Notes under the pieces: generated by a model
Told to the model about the DNA's origin: nothing
Databases searched by the model: none
Seen by the model: only the letters and a program-made list of their open reading frames with translations
Position numbers and translations under genes: made by a program
Part shown: one piece after another, positions 51,300 through 63,263 of the stretch
Layout: the number at the start of each line of letters is the position of its first letter
How positions within the stretch are numbered: position 1 is the stretch's first letter
From: Lytechinus pictus
Taxonomy: Eukaryota
NCBI RefSeq assembly: GCF_037042905.1
Contig: NC_087251.1
Location: 47,804,001-47,868,000, forward strand
DNA length: 64,000 bases
Direction of reading: 5' to 3'

Positions 51300-51365
51300 T
51301 TTGCAAGGGAGAATAACCTACAGTTTATAGAGGCTAGTGCATTCAGTGGAGATAATCTGAATGAG
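51300..51365 (+). CDS. RAB15: Rab15-like coding exon 6
   Basis: 66 nt: FARENNLQFIEASAFSGDNLNE (G5 ExSA). Confidence 0.92.
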
Positions 51366-51687
51366 GTATGTTCAATTAAATACTTATTTATATTTTAATA
51401 TTAAGCGGGATACAATGTATATAATAATCACATTAGTAAATTCACACCAAATGATTTAAGCGGTCAAGTTCACTCCAAAAATAAGTTTATTTGAATTTGA
51501 AGCATAAAATTCATTGAAAAATCATCAAAAGTGGATGTAACTACACAAAAAAGGTAGGCCAAAATTGTACGAACTCAAGACACCATAATGATTTCATTTT
51601 AGTTTTGTGATTCACAAATTATATCAGATGATGTTATTACTATGTCTGTGCAACTCTGGACAATATTGATTTGTGCTTGTCTAATCT

Positions 51688-51835
51688 GGGGTCCGTTGCA
51701 GAAAGAGTTGCGTTTAAACGCAAGTAAAAAAAATCAATCGCAAGTCCCAAATGCGCGCTGTTGATTGGTTTAAAATCAAGTTGCGCATGAATTTTAGAGT
51801 TGCGATTGATTGCAACTCTTTCTGCAATGGGCCTC
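51688..51835. mobile_element. Palindromic MITE
   Basis: GGGGTCCGTTGCAGAAAGAGTTGC ... GCAACTCTTTCTGCAATGGGCCTC. Confidence 0.75.
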
Positions 51836-52205
51836 TGTGCTATCTTTTTAAAAGAAAAGGATCGGTCCGCAGCAGGTTGTTTGTCTCCTTGCAAAAACGA
51901 AAAGTCGCTTGTCTGTGGATTTGAATGCTTCATATATATTTCATTATTCTATGTACACACATTTTTTTCTGGCGAGCCATGTCTGAACATGCCTTTAATG
52001 TCTGTCTGTACAAATATTGTGTTGATTTAACCTCCGGCAGAGACCTCATCAAGGGTCCAAAAGAGCCCAAATCAAAGAGGGTTCATGGCATATTTTGTCT
52101 GTTTCACATTGATTTATATTACCTAAATTACAGAAACCACTTATTTTTGTATACAGAAAAAATGAGTATTAACAAATCTAATATTATAATTTTCTTTCCC
52201 ATTAG

Positions 52206-52355
52206 GCTTTTGAAAGTCTAGTCAAGATTGTGATGGAGAAGAATAAGAAGGACATTGATGATCAGCTACAGAGTATCAAGTTATACGGTGCCAGAGAGGA
52301 TAGTACCATTGATGGTGAAGTTGATGATGTCAAGACGGGTGGATGCTGCAGTTGA
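52206..52355 (+). CDS. RAB15: Rab15-like coding exon 7
   Basis: AFESLVKIVMEK...VKTGGCCS-stop; CCX prenylation motif; 208 aa total. Confidence 0.92.
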   Translation, partial: AFESLVKIVMEKNKKDIDDQLQSIKLYGAREDSTIDGEVDDVKTGGCCS

Positions 52356-53321
52356 TGTCAAGTCTCTCTTTATATATTGTTTATTTAACTGCCTGAAAAA
52401 AAATGCTATGGTAACATAAGATGATGTATTGAAGTATCATGGATGTAACTTCTCCATATTTTTTCAAGTCACAGATGTGCAATAAGGCCTATGGTGCCTT
52501 TATAGCACACTATAGTTTTGTACAACCACTTTTATTTGAACCGTAAGAGCATTAGAGATGACTTCTATTGAGGTAGTGTTTTTTTTTAAGTGGTTCAACA
52601 TACTTTGTATGAGCTATGCTTAACTGCCTAATTACATGTATGATATAGGTGTGGTAGTTGACTTGATATGAGTATTGCTCCATCTTCTAATAATTTCATT
52701 CCATTGTATTTCTTTCATGTTTTACACTCTATAAAATCTAAACTAGGCTTTTATTAAAGAGCATGCTGGTTTTCAGTGAAGCTTGAGGGAACAAGCATGT
52801 TGTCTGATGTAGATGTTACTATGACTTAGATCTTGATAGAGTATACAAATAAACCAGGCTTTGAGAAAGTATAGTGGACCTCATTCATCTGATGTTGGAC
52901 TGGCAAGTACTATTTTTTTTTCTGTTTGCCATGAGGAAAATATAGATATATTGCCAGTCCAACTGAGCTCCAAATAGTTTTACCCCAGAAAATATATTTT
53001 GTCTCATGAGCACCAACTGACCAATCAATGGCATTTATTTAGAATGCTCATGAATATTCAATGAAGAATATTTTAAAGTCGACTTTGTCAGTTCTTGAAA
53101 GGGATGAATTGCATAGGGGTCCTGATCTGGACTTCATTGTTTTCCCCTCTCATCAGTCTGACCGACACCCTTTCTATATCGAGTTTATACTTGTTTATAA
53201 TTTTGACAAGATAATTTATATTCTTTAGATGTAAATACACAATCTTCGCGTACATTTTTAAATAAGTGGAGGCTGAGGTGGATGACATAGGATAGTGATG
53301 TGACTTAATTAAAAAATGCAT

Positions 53322-53673
53322 GGAAGCGTCGTGGTGTAGCGGTTCTGACTCTCGCCTTGTAATCAGAGGGTCGTGTGTTCGAATCCCACCATGGCCTAGC
53401 GTCCTTTGGCAAGGCGTTAATCCACACTTTGCCACTCTCCACCCAGGTGTTAAATGGGTACCCGGTAGGATGTGAAAGCCTATATGTAGTATGCCTAGCA
53501 ATTGAGTCTTGGAACTCTTGTTGGAATGCTCCCCAGGGAGTGGAGAAGGTGCATACATTGTATGCGGGCATGCAAGGATCCGATGACCGGGGTAATAATA
53601 TGTCTGTAAAGCGCTTAGAGACGTCGTTCCGATGTATTAAGCGCTATATAAATGCGGAATATTATTATTATTA
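53322..53673 (+). mobile_element. tRNA-derived SINE (Deu/Nin-like core, L2-type tail)
   Basis: A box TGGTGTAGCGG, B box GTTCGAATCC, core CCACCCAGGTGTTAAATGGGTACC, 3' AAGCGCTATATAAAT and (TAT)n tail. Confidence 0.85.
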
Positions 53674-53702
53674 GGCAATGATAGTCCTTATTGGTATCAT
53701 AC

Positions 53703-53945
53703 TGGGCATGGTGGTTCACTGGTAGAGTGCCTGCTTCATGAACAGGTCGAGGGTGTGATGCCCGGCTGACTCGTACCAAAGACTTTTCAATATGGAATAT
53801 TCTGCCTTCTAGCCAGGCACTCAAGATTTAGATAGAAATATGATAACAACATGTTATGTTTGTTTTGCAGGGCTCGCTGGTATAGAGCAGTTTTATTAAT
53901 GAAGTGGCTACCCAGTGTAAATAAAATGTTATTACTTGTTATTAT
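53703..53945 (+). mobile_element. Degenerate second tRNA-derived SINE (Meta-domain-like)
   Basis: GGTGGTTCACTGGTAGAGTG head, degraded B box, TACCAAAGACTTTT..ATGG core, AAATAAA and (TTA) tail. Confidence 0.5.
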
Positions 53946-53958
53946 CATAATACCAGTT

Positions 53959-54415
53959 GGGCTATTCCACGGTTACCCACGTTACATTTGGAGACACCTT
54001 GACTCATACTTGGAGCTGTAACTCCATTATTATTGATAGGAACTAAACATCTCTTTATCACAACATAGTACGCAGTCTGACTATCCTTTGTATAAAAACA
54101 AAACTTGGGAAATTTCATTATGCTCCTGGCAAATCTTTGAAATGTGTCGGTTACTCATGTTACATGATTTGGACATGCATAAAATGAAAAGTGGACATAA
54201 GTGAAAAGTGTCCTCATACAAGGCTTTTATGAAAGTTGATTATATCAATTTCAAAGAAGTATATTAGGGAGACAAATTTGTATATAATTCCAAAAATACA
54301 GAACACATGGTTTTTACTAGGGGTGCAGATAAAGTGGTTACTCACGTTACGGTTCAGATGGGCTATATGTACAAAGACACATTGAGCTCATGTCCACCAA
54401 CCTATGGAATTGCCC
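53959..54415. mobile_element. Sola2-like non-autonomous element
   Basis: GGGCTATTCCA ... TGGAATTGCCC with 4-bp TSD AGTT; GGTTACYCAYGTTAC at 53971, 54149, 54336. Confidence 0.78.
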
Positions 54416-56035
54416 AGTTTTATTTTACAAAATTTGCTTGATTTTCTGATACTGGTAACTCTGTTATTATGGTACCCGCAAAAATAAATGGGCTCTGGTG
54501 ATTGAACAGACAAACTTGCTTAGCATTAGATGGATTATAAAAGGGAGACAAGAAACAAAAAGGATCAAAACGTCTATGAATTTATATATTAGAATTACAT
54601 TGCCAATTGGAACTGCATAGTATTATCAACTCCTTGGTATAATAGTACCTCATTATATCATCCTTACTAGGAATACTTTTGTATGTGTACAGAATCTCTC
54701 GATTGAATGTTTCGTACTCTAATATGACTGCTCTTGGCACAAATAACAGAAGTCTATGACACCTTTTGGGATCCCAGAGAGGAATACTGCTATGAAGCCT
54801 CTATGTGTCTTTCACAGTAGCTTTCCTCCATTCCCTATGGTGATCAGTGATAAAAAGATGCTGTAGGCTTGTGGAACCCTTTGTAACTTGCCTAACCATA
54901 TAGTAAGGTGCCTAAATTAAGTATTTTTCTATTGTTACATTAACAGAGTTTTGTTGCTTTTGTGGTATAAATTGAGAAGATAAGATGATTAATGCTTCAT
55001 ACCTTGATATGCATTCCACATTATAGTTGGCATGTCAAACAAGAATGCCAGCAGCATTATTGTCTTCAATGTAAATCTTACAGTTTTCTTGTGTCCATAC
55101 TCTATAATCATGCATTTTTTAAGGTATGATGTACTTGACTATTAGTAGATAATAGTCTTGTTGAATTTATCATTGCTCGTAGCTTTATTATGGTTTTAAA
55201 TACAGTACATCTTTTCCAGCAATGGTTTTAGTTTAGATGAGACATAGTTGGGCCCAGGCCGCCCAGTAGATTACATACGATACACCTGGAAGATTAACAA
55301 TAGATGTGATCACATCTTTACTGATTCGTGCTTACTTCAGGAATGACAGTACAATTAGTCTGAGCTTATTTGATAGCTTACATAGGGTTTTATCTTCAGT
55401 TTCCTTGATACGTGATAGCCTTTCACAGTGCAAGTCAGAAAGCTGCACCTTGGTACGGATTAGCTACATCACTTTTACCCTCGATTTAATCTAAATTTTA
55501 CCCACAAAGCCTTTCACAGTGAAAAGTCAGCTTGGTATATGTTGCTCTCAGGAGGAGGTCTGATTAATTCACCTAACTGCTGATCAATATAAATATGTGC
55601 ATTTATGAAGATAGTAGTTATTGAAATGTTTCTGGAAGCCTTTCATCAAATTTTGTTGTCTGACTAGTTGTCAGATCTGACAATATTTTTCTTGATTTTG
55701 GTTGGCTGTTAAGATAAAACATTCAACAAATCTCTTCATGAAATGATCCCCAGTGTATGCTTTCTCCCAAGGTACTGTTTCATAAAGACTTGTTACAACA
55801 AATTCCTTTGACATATTCTATCATCCAATCAAAATGAACAATTTCAGTAGCTTTTAACTGTTATTGCAAATTTGCTAGTATAACAAGTTTTATGAAACAG
55901 GCCCAAGGTGTGTATATAAGTTCTGATCCATTTTGATTATGCTGCTGTCTTTCACCTTGAAGAATCAAATGTTAGCATAAAGAAGAATATATGTTGCATT
56001 TGCTTTAGCCTATGTTCCGTTTTTTGTTGTTGAAA

Positions 56036-56517
56036 ATATATTATACAAATAATGAATGTTTATGAGTGCAATGGACAGAATACTTCATGAGGAGAAAGAT
56101 GAATTGATCCATTCAACGAGGCGTAGCCTCGTTGAATGGATCATTCATTTCATCTTTCACCGAATTAAGTATTCTGTCCATTGCACGAATGAAAAGAACA
56201 TTCATTATTTGGTTTATATGACACCTAAAAATAGATTCTTTTTCATATGACATTTGTGAATTTTGAAGCAAATTATCATGCTCATGCAGTGCAAGCTCGG
56301 TCTGTTGATTATCGCGTACATACAACATGCGCGCTGCAAACACGAGTGGTGCCTGCAGTCTGGGTGTGTGCGTGCAATGGACAAAATCATATGGATCCAA
56401 AATTGCACGATGAATGGATCTAAAATTGCATGGTTGTTGATGTCATTGTAAAATGGGCTGAATGATCGATATCGACCAACCAATCAAATGACAAGGATCT
56501 ATCTAGGTGTCATATAA
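56036..56517. mobile_element. Compound palindromic element
   Basis: ~180-bp foldback centred on CGAGGCGTAGCCTCG abutting a unit bounded by TATATGACACCTA / TAGGTGTCATATA. Confidence 0.6.
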
Positions 56518-57400
56518 TGTTCGATTATTTTGATTAAGAGTAGATAGCTGTACTTAATTTTTCAAACTACTTGATTTTAAAGGAGATAATGTGAATCATT
56601 AATGCCTTTATAAAGGACAAAATTATGAATACTTTTTGAGGGCTCAATTTTTCAATGTAAAATATGAATCTTGAACATTTTCATTTGAAAAGTACTGTGC
56701 GGTTTTAGGTATCTCATCCTTGGATCTAATTAGTAATTGCACTACAGAGAGGTGTGAATTAGTGTTCATAGGTTGCAGCACAAGTATATGAGCTTTAGTT
56801 TAGGAACTTTTATTGGTATTAGCATTTGGAATATATTTCTTCATACAATCAGCCTTGCATATGATCAAACTTGCACAAGTTGCAACATTTCATACTGTAA
56901 ATATGGGATATTTTCATGGTGTTGAAACTTCACAAATTTTTAGCAAAAATACACCACTATTTTAAACATGTAATTCAATTCATGCAGTGATCAATTGTTC
57001 AATTCAATTGAGCATGAAATTGTATTGTGTGAAAGTTTTTATTTTTTATGAGGGATCTAGATCTATCTCCTTTATTTTGCCCCATTTATTTTAAATGTTG
57101 CTGTAATTCATGAAGATTTCACATGTCCCATTTAAATTTACATCTGCAAGGCTGATAACACTTTTCTTTAAGTCAGAATGATTTTCTACAGGGGTTTGCT
57201 CATTTACAATGCATCATTTAAATGTTGGGGTTTTGTGCAATTTTGTAACAACTATACATGAATTTGTATATCAAAAAGATAAACCTAGAATCGTGTGGAC
57301 CTTCTCATACCTCTTTGGCTAGAAATGTTCCACCACAGGTATATATTGATAGATATTGAATATGAAAAAGTTGTCATATATAGAGCAAGAAGCAAGCAAG

Positions 57401-57580
57401 TAGTCTGCTGTGCAAACCCTTCACTTGAGTAAAGTGGTTTGAGTGCAAAGCTTACAATGACTTGTGTACAGAAGGTCCCTCTCGCCAAGGGTTAAATTGA
57501 AACTAAGTTTTATATGTTAGTCTTGTGTGAAGACCCACGTGTTGGTCAAATATTCCATCAGGATCTGTTCGTGCAGACTA
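57401..57580. mobile_element. MITE with TAG...CTA ends (Academ-like); relatives ending at ~6321 and ~15455
   Basis: TAGTCTGC ... GCAGACTA; GCTGTGCAAACCCTT and TGTGTGAAGAC shared with 6226-6321. Confidence 0.55.
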
Positions 57581-58840
57581 TTTAGAGAGGGGTAATGGCG
57601 TAGGATATCTGTCTTTATACTGACAAAAACTTTTATTAGATTTTCAGCATTAATGTTTGTGTTCAGTACTTATAATGAAAATGCGAAACTATGAGATAAA
57701 CCAAGGAAATTCAATTTGCACCCAAAACTTAACCAAATATTAATCTTATTCTGTTTTGTATTATTGAATACTTTGTGGTCAAGATATTTTGCACCATGGA
57801 CAATTCCATATAGTGATGCCTTTTTGTATGTATGATTCCCAACTTTTTCTGTTATACCGTTACTCTCTTTATGAACCACTGCAGTCGTAATGTAAGAGCA
57901 TTAACAACACTTTGTATGAACTAGCAAATTAAAATGTATCATTTCAGGGAGATCCCACTTTAAGGTAGCTAAATAAGAAAATCATGTACCGGTAAGTATT
58001 TTCATAATCTGACGTGCATACTGTATGGAATTGCCCCATCAATGGATACATGTCTTGAAACAAATATAGTACTACTTTGAGTTGTTGGCATTCTTTGTGA
58101 GGGTAAGTCATGACAACAGTTTTAATGAATTTATACATTGTACAAATGATCCAATGAATTAAACATATCAATAATTATTTCTCTTACAATTTGTGAAAGT
58201 TTTACCAAATTAGTATGAAAATATCATTCCCAAAATGCCAAATAAATTGTCTTCCTGAAGTTCCTGTCAGAAGTATATAGTATAATAAAGATATATTAAA
58301 AAAAAACAATTAACTATCTAGTCGTGTTTCTGTATACATGTGTCCATTAATTTTTTCAACTATGTGTGTGCATACCTTCTTGCTTACATGACTGTCATAA
58401 CAGTTGCACTAAAGCAAAATGGGTGCTTATTCAGTTGTTGATGCATATTTTTCATTTGAAAAGATTGTCATTTCTGACATTTCTCCAAGTGTAGCAATCA
58501 AATTCTTATGTCAAAGTTATGACAGACAATTTTCTTTTGTGTGTGTGTGTGTGTGTACTAATATATAAAGTGGGTTGGGGCACAACCTCTTAGCACATAA
58601 ACCTGAAAAAATACCAAGTAAACAAAACAGCATCTAATATGAGTATACACTGCAGTTGGCTTTCCAATACCTCTGATGAAAGTACTTGATCATTCCAACT
58701 ACTCCTGAACAACAAAATAGTGAACATCTATCTTGGCCAGTTCTGAGCCTTAATGACATTGGTTTTCATATATATTTCAAAGGGGTTGGGTCTGCCCCCC
58801 TTTCTGCTCTTACCCTCTCGCTTGTCTTCACCATTTACTT

Positions 58841-59230
58841 TAGGGTTCTCAGCTTTTCAAGAAAACAAAATTCCCTGATTTTTTCCAGATGAAGTTTTAA
58901 AATTCCCTGATAATTATTAAAACCCATTCCAAATTTTGCATGTTTTCTGATTTGTTGCAGTGAATTACATGTATTTTCAGTACAAAAACAATGTAAAACT
59001 AATTAGTACCACCATAACCAGTCATTCGGTGGATTTTGTTTTCATATGCAACAAAATATAACAGTCTGACAGACTAAATGCTCTTGACTTTTGGGCTGAT
59101 CAAAATTCCCTGATTTTTCCCTCATTTGAGGCATTTTTCCCTGATTTAAGGTATTTTTGAAAATCAAATTCCCTGACTGGAAAAAAGTAAAATAATTTAT
59201 CCCGATTTCCCTGATGGGCTGGGAACCCTG
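58841..59230. mobile_element. hAT-like MITE
   Basis: TAGGGTTCTCAGC ... GCTGGGAACCCTG with 6-bp TSD TTACTT; repeated TTCCCTGA motif. Confidence 0.72.
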
Positions 59231-59551
59231 TTACTTAGTTCATGTCTTCTCTGTTCTCCCCTTCTCCTCTGAACATCCATCTAATATTCAACTTTTAGGC
59301 CAATATTCTCAAGTCCAGTTTAAACTGGGTCATAGTCTTATGTTAACTTATGGAAAGCCAAAAACGTTTTACTGTTTTTTTAATTTCTGATATTTACTGT
59401 GTTCTTTTTCCATGATTTAATAGTGAGGAGAACCATTTTATTCATCATTCCCAGAGTTATGACTAAAGTGAGCATCCAATGTCAAGTAAAAGTGAACTTC
59501 TACTTTTATACTTATTCTGCTCTTCGCTTTCCATAGTTTACTATAAGTTAA

Positions 59552-60093
59552 AGGGATGGTCCGGGCTGAAAGTATTTTTAGCTTAATAAATAGAGTAGAA
59601 TTCACTGAGAAAAATGTTATTAACAAAGTTATTGAATTTTAAAGTTTAGCAATATTTTGTGAAAACAGTCGTCATGAATATTCATTAGGTGGGCTGATGA
59701 TGTCACATCCCCACTTGTTCTTTTGTATTTCATTATATAAAATTAGGTTTATTCAAATTTTTTCCTCCAAGAACTAGAAAAATTGGATTGAAAAATGATT
59801 TAGTGCATTAGATATTCATCGCTGCAACTTATTTCATTATAAGGGAGACATTATTCACACAAGTATGAAATAATGAAAAAAATATGATTTAATAACATTA
59901 TAAGAAAACGGAAAGTGGAGATGTGACATCATCAGCCCACCTAATGAATATTCATGACAACTGTTTTCACAAAATATTGCTAAACTTTAAACTTCAATAA
60001 CTTTATTATTTGTTATCCGATTTTGATGAAATTTTGCTCAGTGAATTCTACTCTATGTATTAAGATATAATATTTTCAGCCCGGACTATCCCT
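59552..60093. mobile_element. TTAA-target MITE nested in an older MITE (59297-60129)
   Basis: TTAA|AGGGATGGTCCGGGCTGAAA ... TTTCAGCCCGGACTATCCCT|TTAA; well-matched long arms. Confidence 0.85.
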
Positions 60094-60927
60094 TTAAGTC
60101 TAGAAGCAGAGTATTTCAGAATGAGGGCCAAGTAATCTTTTCAGAAATTCCTCCTCACAACAATTTACCATCTGATCCACAAGTTCTTCCAAACCCCTTC
60201 CAATCCTCAAGTCTTCACACACCACCTAATCAATTGCCATTCATTCATTCATTCAAATTCACTTTTGATCAGTACTGACAGTACATTAGTAACAATGTAA
60301 CATCATATAGAAGTTGTTTTCATTTAAAATCATTTTGTATCATGGTGTGGTATATACTATATAGTTATGATTGGATAATGGGGCCATTACAGAAAAGTAA
60401 ATGTCATAGTAACTTTACCATCAAATGGTAACTACTTTGGTTAGGATGCTAAAACCTATACAGCCGAACAAAATGATGGATTTGAGGGAAGTAGTTATTG
60501 GAGTGCAAAATTTTTTACTTTTATGCAATGGGTCCCAGGATTTAGAGTGCAAATTTGATTTGCATCTCATTAAATGCAGCTTGGAAGCTGCCATTTTTAA
60601 AGGCAACCGTTGACCATCCCTTCACATATATGCTTATGAGAGGTTGCATGCCTCAAGTGTACGTGGACGGCATTTTTTGTGCCGATTTGAAGTCTTATAA
60701 ATTCTAACTACAAATATGTTCAATGACCATCAAACTGGCATGTAAATTCTTTGGGCATTCACATCATGTGAAGTTCTTCCACACGAGTCTGCTGCTCTCC
60801 ATTGTAGAATCCTAATTGATATTATACAGAGAAGTTACAATTTTACAGAAATTATTACCATGCAATCATATATCGACTTCAAATGGGTACCGTAACCACA
60901 GAAAATTTGTAAATGTTATGCACTTAA

Positions 60928-61487
60928 AGGTCAAGTCCACCCCACGAAAGTGCTGACTTGAATAAATGGAGGAAAAAAATCAAACTAGCATAGTGCTGAA
61001 AATTTCATCAAAATCGGATGTAAAATAAGAAAGTTATATTTCGAAGTTTCGCTATTTTTCACAAAACAGTGATATGCACAACTAGGCAAGTCAGTTGATG
61101 TCCATCACTCACTATTTCTTTTGTTTTTTATTGTTTGAATTATAAAATATTTCATTTTTCATTGATTTGACAATACGGACCAACTTGACTAAACCATATT
61201 AATTCCACATGTTAAGGGAGGAATTAATCGTCGTATCACTTGACAATGGGGAGAAAATTAGAATAATTCATATAATAAAATAAAAAATAAATAGTGAGTG
61301 GATGACGTCAGTCTCTTCATTTGCGTGCCAGCCAGGATGTGCATATAACTGTTTTGTGAAGTTAAGTGAAACTTTATGTCATAACTTTTTTATTTTACAT
61401 CCGATTTTGATGAAAATTTAAGTGTTATGCTTGTTGGATTTTTCTCTTTTTATTCAAATCAACTTTATGTTGGGGTGGACTTGTCCT
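60928..61487. mobile_element. TTAA-target MITE (Kolobok-like)
   Basis: TTAA|AGGTCAAGTCCACCCC ... GGGGTGGACTTGTCCT|TTAA. Confidence 0.83.
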
Positions 61488-61491
61488 TTAA

Positions 61492-62247
61492 ACCTATCTA
61501 GGCCGGGGGGGGGGGGCCTCGGAGGCCCCCCTCAACGATCCGCGCAATATTTTTGCAGCGCGATTTTTTTTTTACCATGCCGCTCGCTGACTTTTTACTT
61601 TCACTTTTGAGACCAATTTTGCGTCACCTGGTTACGTGGTTCCGAAATTACGCAACATTATGTAAGTGCATGTCAGACCAAAAATTGCTCAAAAACGTGA
61701 TTTTGTGTACTTAGTCAATGCAAATTGTGTTTTCAACCAAAAAATCATAAATGTATGATTATTTTTAGTTTTGCTGGTCTAAATGTATTTATTTCATGCT
61801 TTTTATGATCTCAGAGGAGTCCCCAACAAATTTCATTGAAAAAACAATGAAAAACAAAAGGTAAAAAAAACAAGGAAATACATAATTGCAAAAAACAATA
61901 TAATACATAAGAAAATGATTTGATATCGCAATTTTGTTCATGTACACTTGCCAAGAACACCACAAAGAGTTTCTATACCAAAAATTATAACATTTGGAGC
62001 TTTATTTAGGGAGTTAGAGGAAAAAGTATGATTTCGCATACTAATTACGCATTAATTAGCATAATCACTTAATAGCAATTCGCATGATATAATTTACTAT
62101 ACAATTTTGTAGATTATGTCCAAGACAACCCGCATGCCAATTTTCGGCGCGATTGCGCGGTCGACATCTCAAGGGGGGGGGGCGTGGGAGGCCCCCCCCC
62201 TCCCCCCCGGCCATATGAACTCCCAAAATACCCCGGCCTAGATAGGG
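61492..62247. mobile_element. piggyBac-like non-autonomous element
   Basis: TTAA|ACCTATCTAGGCCGGGG ... CCCCGGCCTAGATAGGG|TTAA. Confidence 0.82.
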
Positions 62248-62811
62248 TTAATTATACATGACAGCGAAGGAGAATATCAGTGGTTGCCTCTTATACTCGG
62301 AAAGAATAGCATTACCATACAAAGAACATTACTATGGATCAAGCCGTTTCTTGTATTCTCTGAAGCAACGTCTCCCATGCATTCAACTGTGAACAAAAAT
62401 CACACAAAAATGATTCACGATTCTGTAAACAAATCTGTCACATAATGTATGGTGAATTACTTTTTTCAAATCTTCCTGAATCCTGAAATAATTAGCACAT
62501 TGACTTTGTGCAAACTTGTTTTTTCTCACCTGGTAGTGCACTAGACAGAATTGGAAACCATTCTCTTTCATACAAAATGGAACATGAGAACAATACACAT
62601 GCATGTACAAATCACATTCTTGGCTTAACACATTTTACATAACATTCTCCTCATTCAACTTTACGCTCCAGTGACAACTGTGTAATAAAAGACTCTCTCT
62701 ACACGATCAAATTGCTGTTGCATATGAGCAGATTATATTCAATTATCTGACCAACATACGGACTATTTTACAAGTGTGTGTATGCAACGTTCTCTGGCAT
62801 TGTAGGACAGC

Positions 62812-62937
62812 TTAGGAGTTGGAGTTGGGTCCACGCCTCTTGCCGAAGGTCTGCACAACGTTGACGAATCGGCGGTTGTACTGCATGCGGCGCTTGGCAC
62901 GTCCGACCTTCTTCTTCTTCTTCTCCTGGGGATCAAC
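62812..62937 (-). CDS. FAU: FUBI-eS30 (40S ribosomal protein S30), last coding exon; rest of gene outside window
   Basis: ccccAG acceptor then [45 protein letters not shown], the eS30 C-terminus. Confidence 0.97.
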   Translation of the reverse strand, partial: VDPQEKKKKKVGRAKRRMQYNRRFVNVVQTFGKRRGPNSNS

Positions 62938-63059
62938 CTGGGGATAACAGCAAATGAAAAAGAATAGAAGAATTAATATTAAGTCAAACATTATTACTTT
63001 TGGGGTTAGGGTGAGCGATAGCAAATAACGATCATAAAAGCTTTGAAGACGGTTCAATG

Positions 63060-63263
63060 GGGGTGTTGCAAGAAAATTATAATCGATGGGTCTGGTCTCC
63101 AAAATAATGTCTTGCATTTAATTGCAAATTGTCAATTGATTGGTGATGTGCTTCTTACAAACAAGGTGCGTATACTGATTTGATTGTAAACTAATAAAAT
63201 TGATCGATCAATAGTAAAATCATGACAGAAATTTGCAGCTGATTAACTTTCTTGCAACACCCC
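63060..63263. mobile_element. MITE in the FAU intron
   Basis: GGGGTGTTGCAAGAAA ... TTTCTTGCAACACCCC. Confidence 0.75.

Noticed and set aside
53322..53395. tRNA gene
   Set aside because: A and B boxes are present but the sequence continues into a SINE core and (TAT)n tail without a clean acceptor stem.
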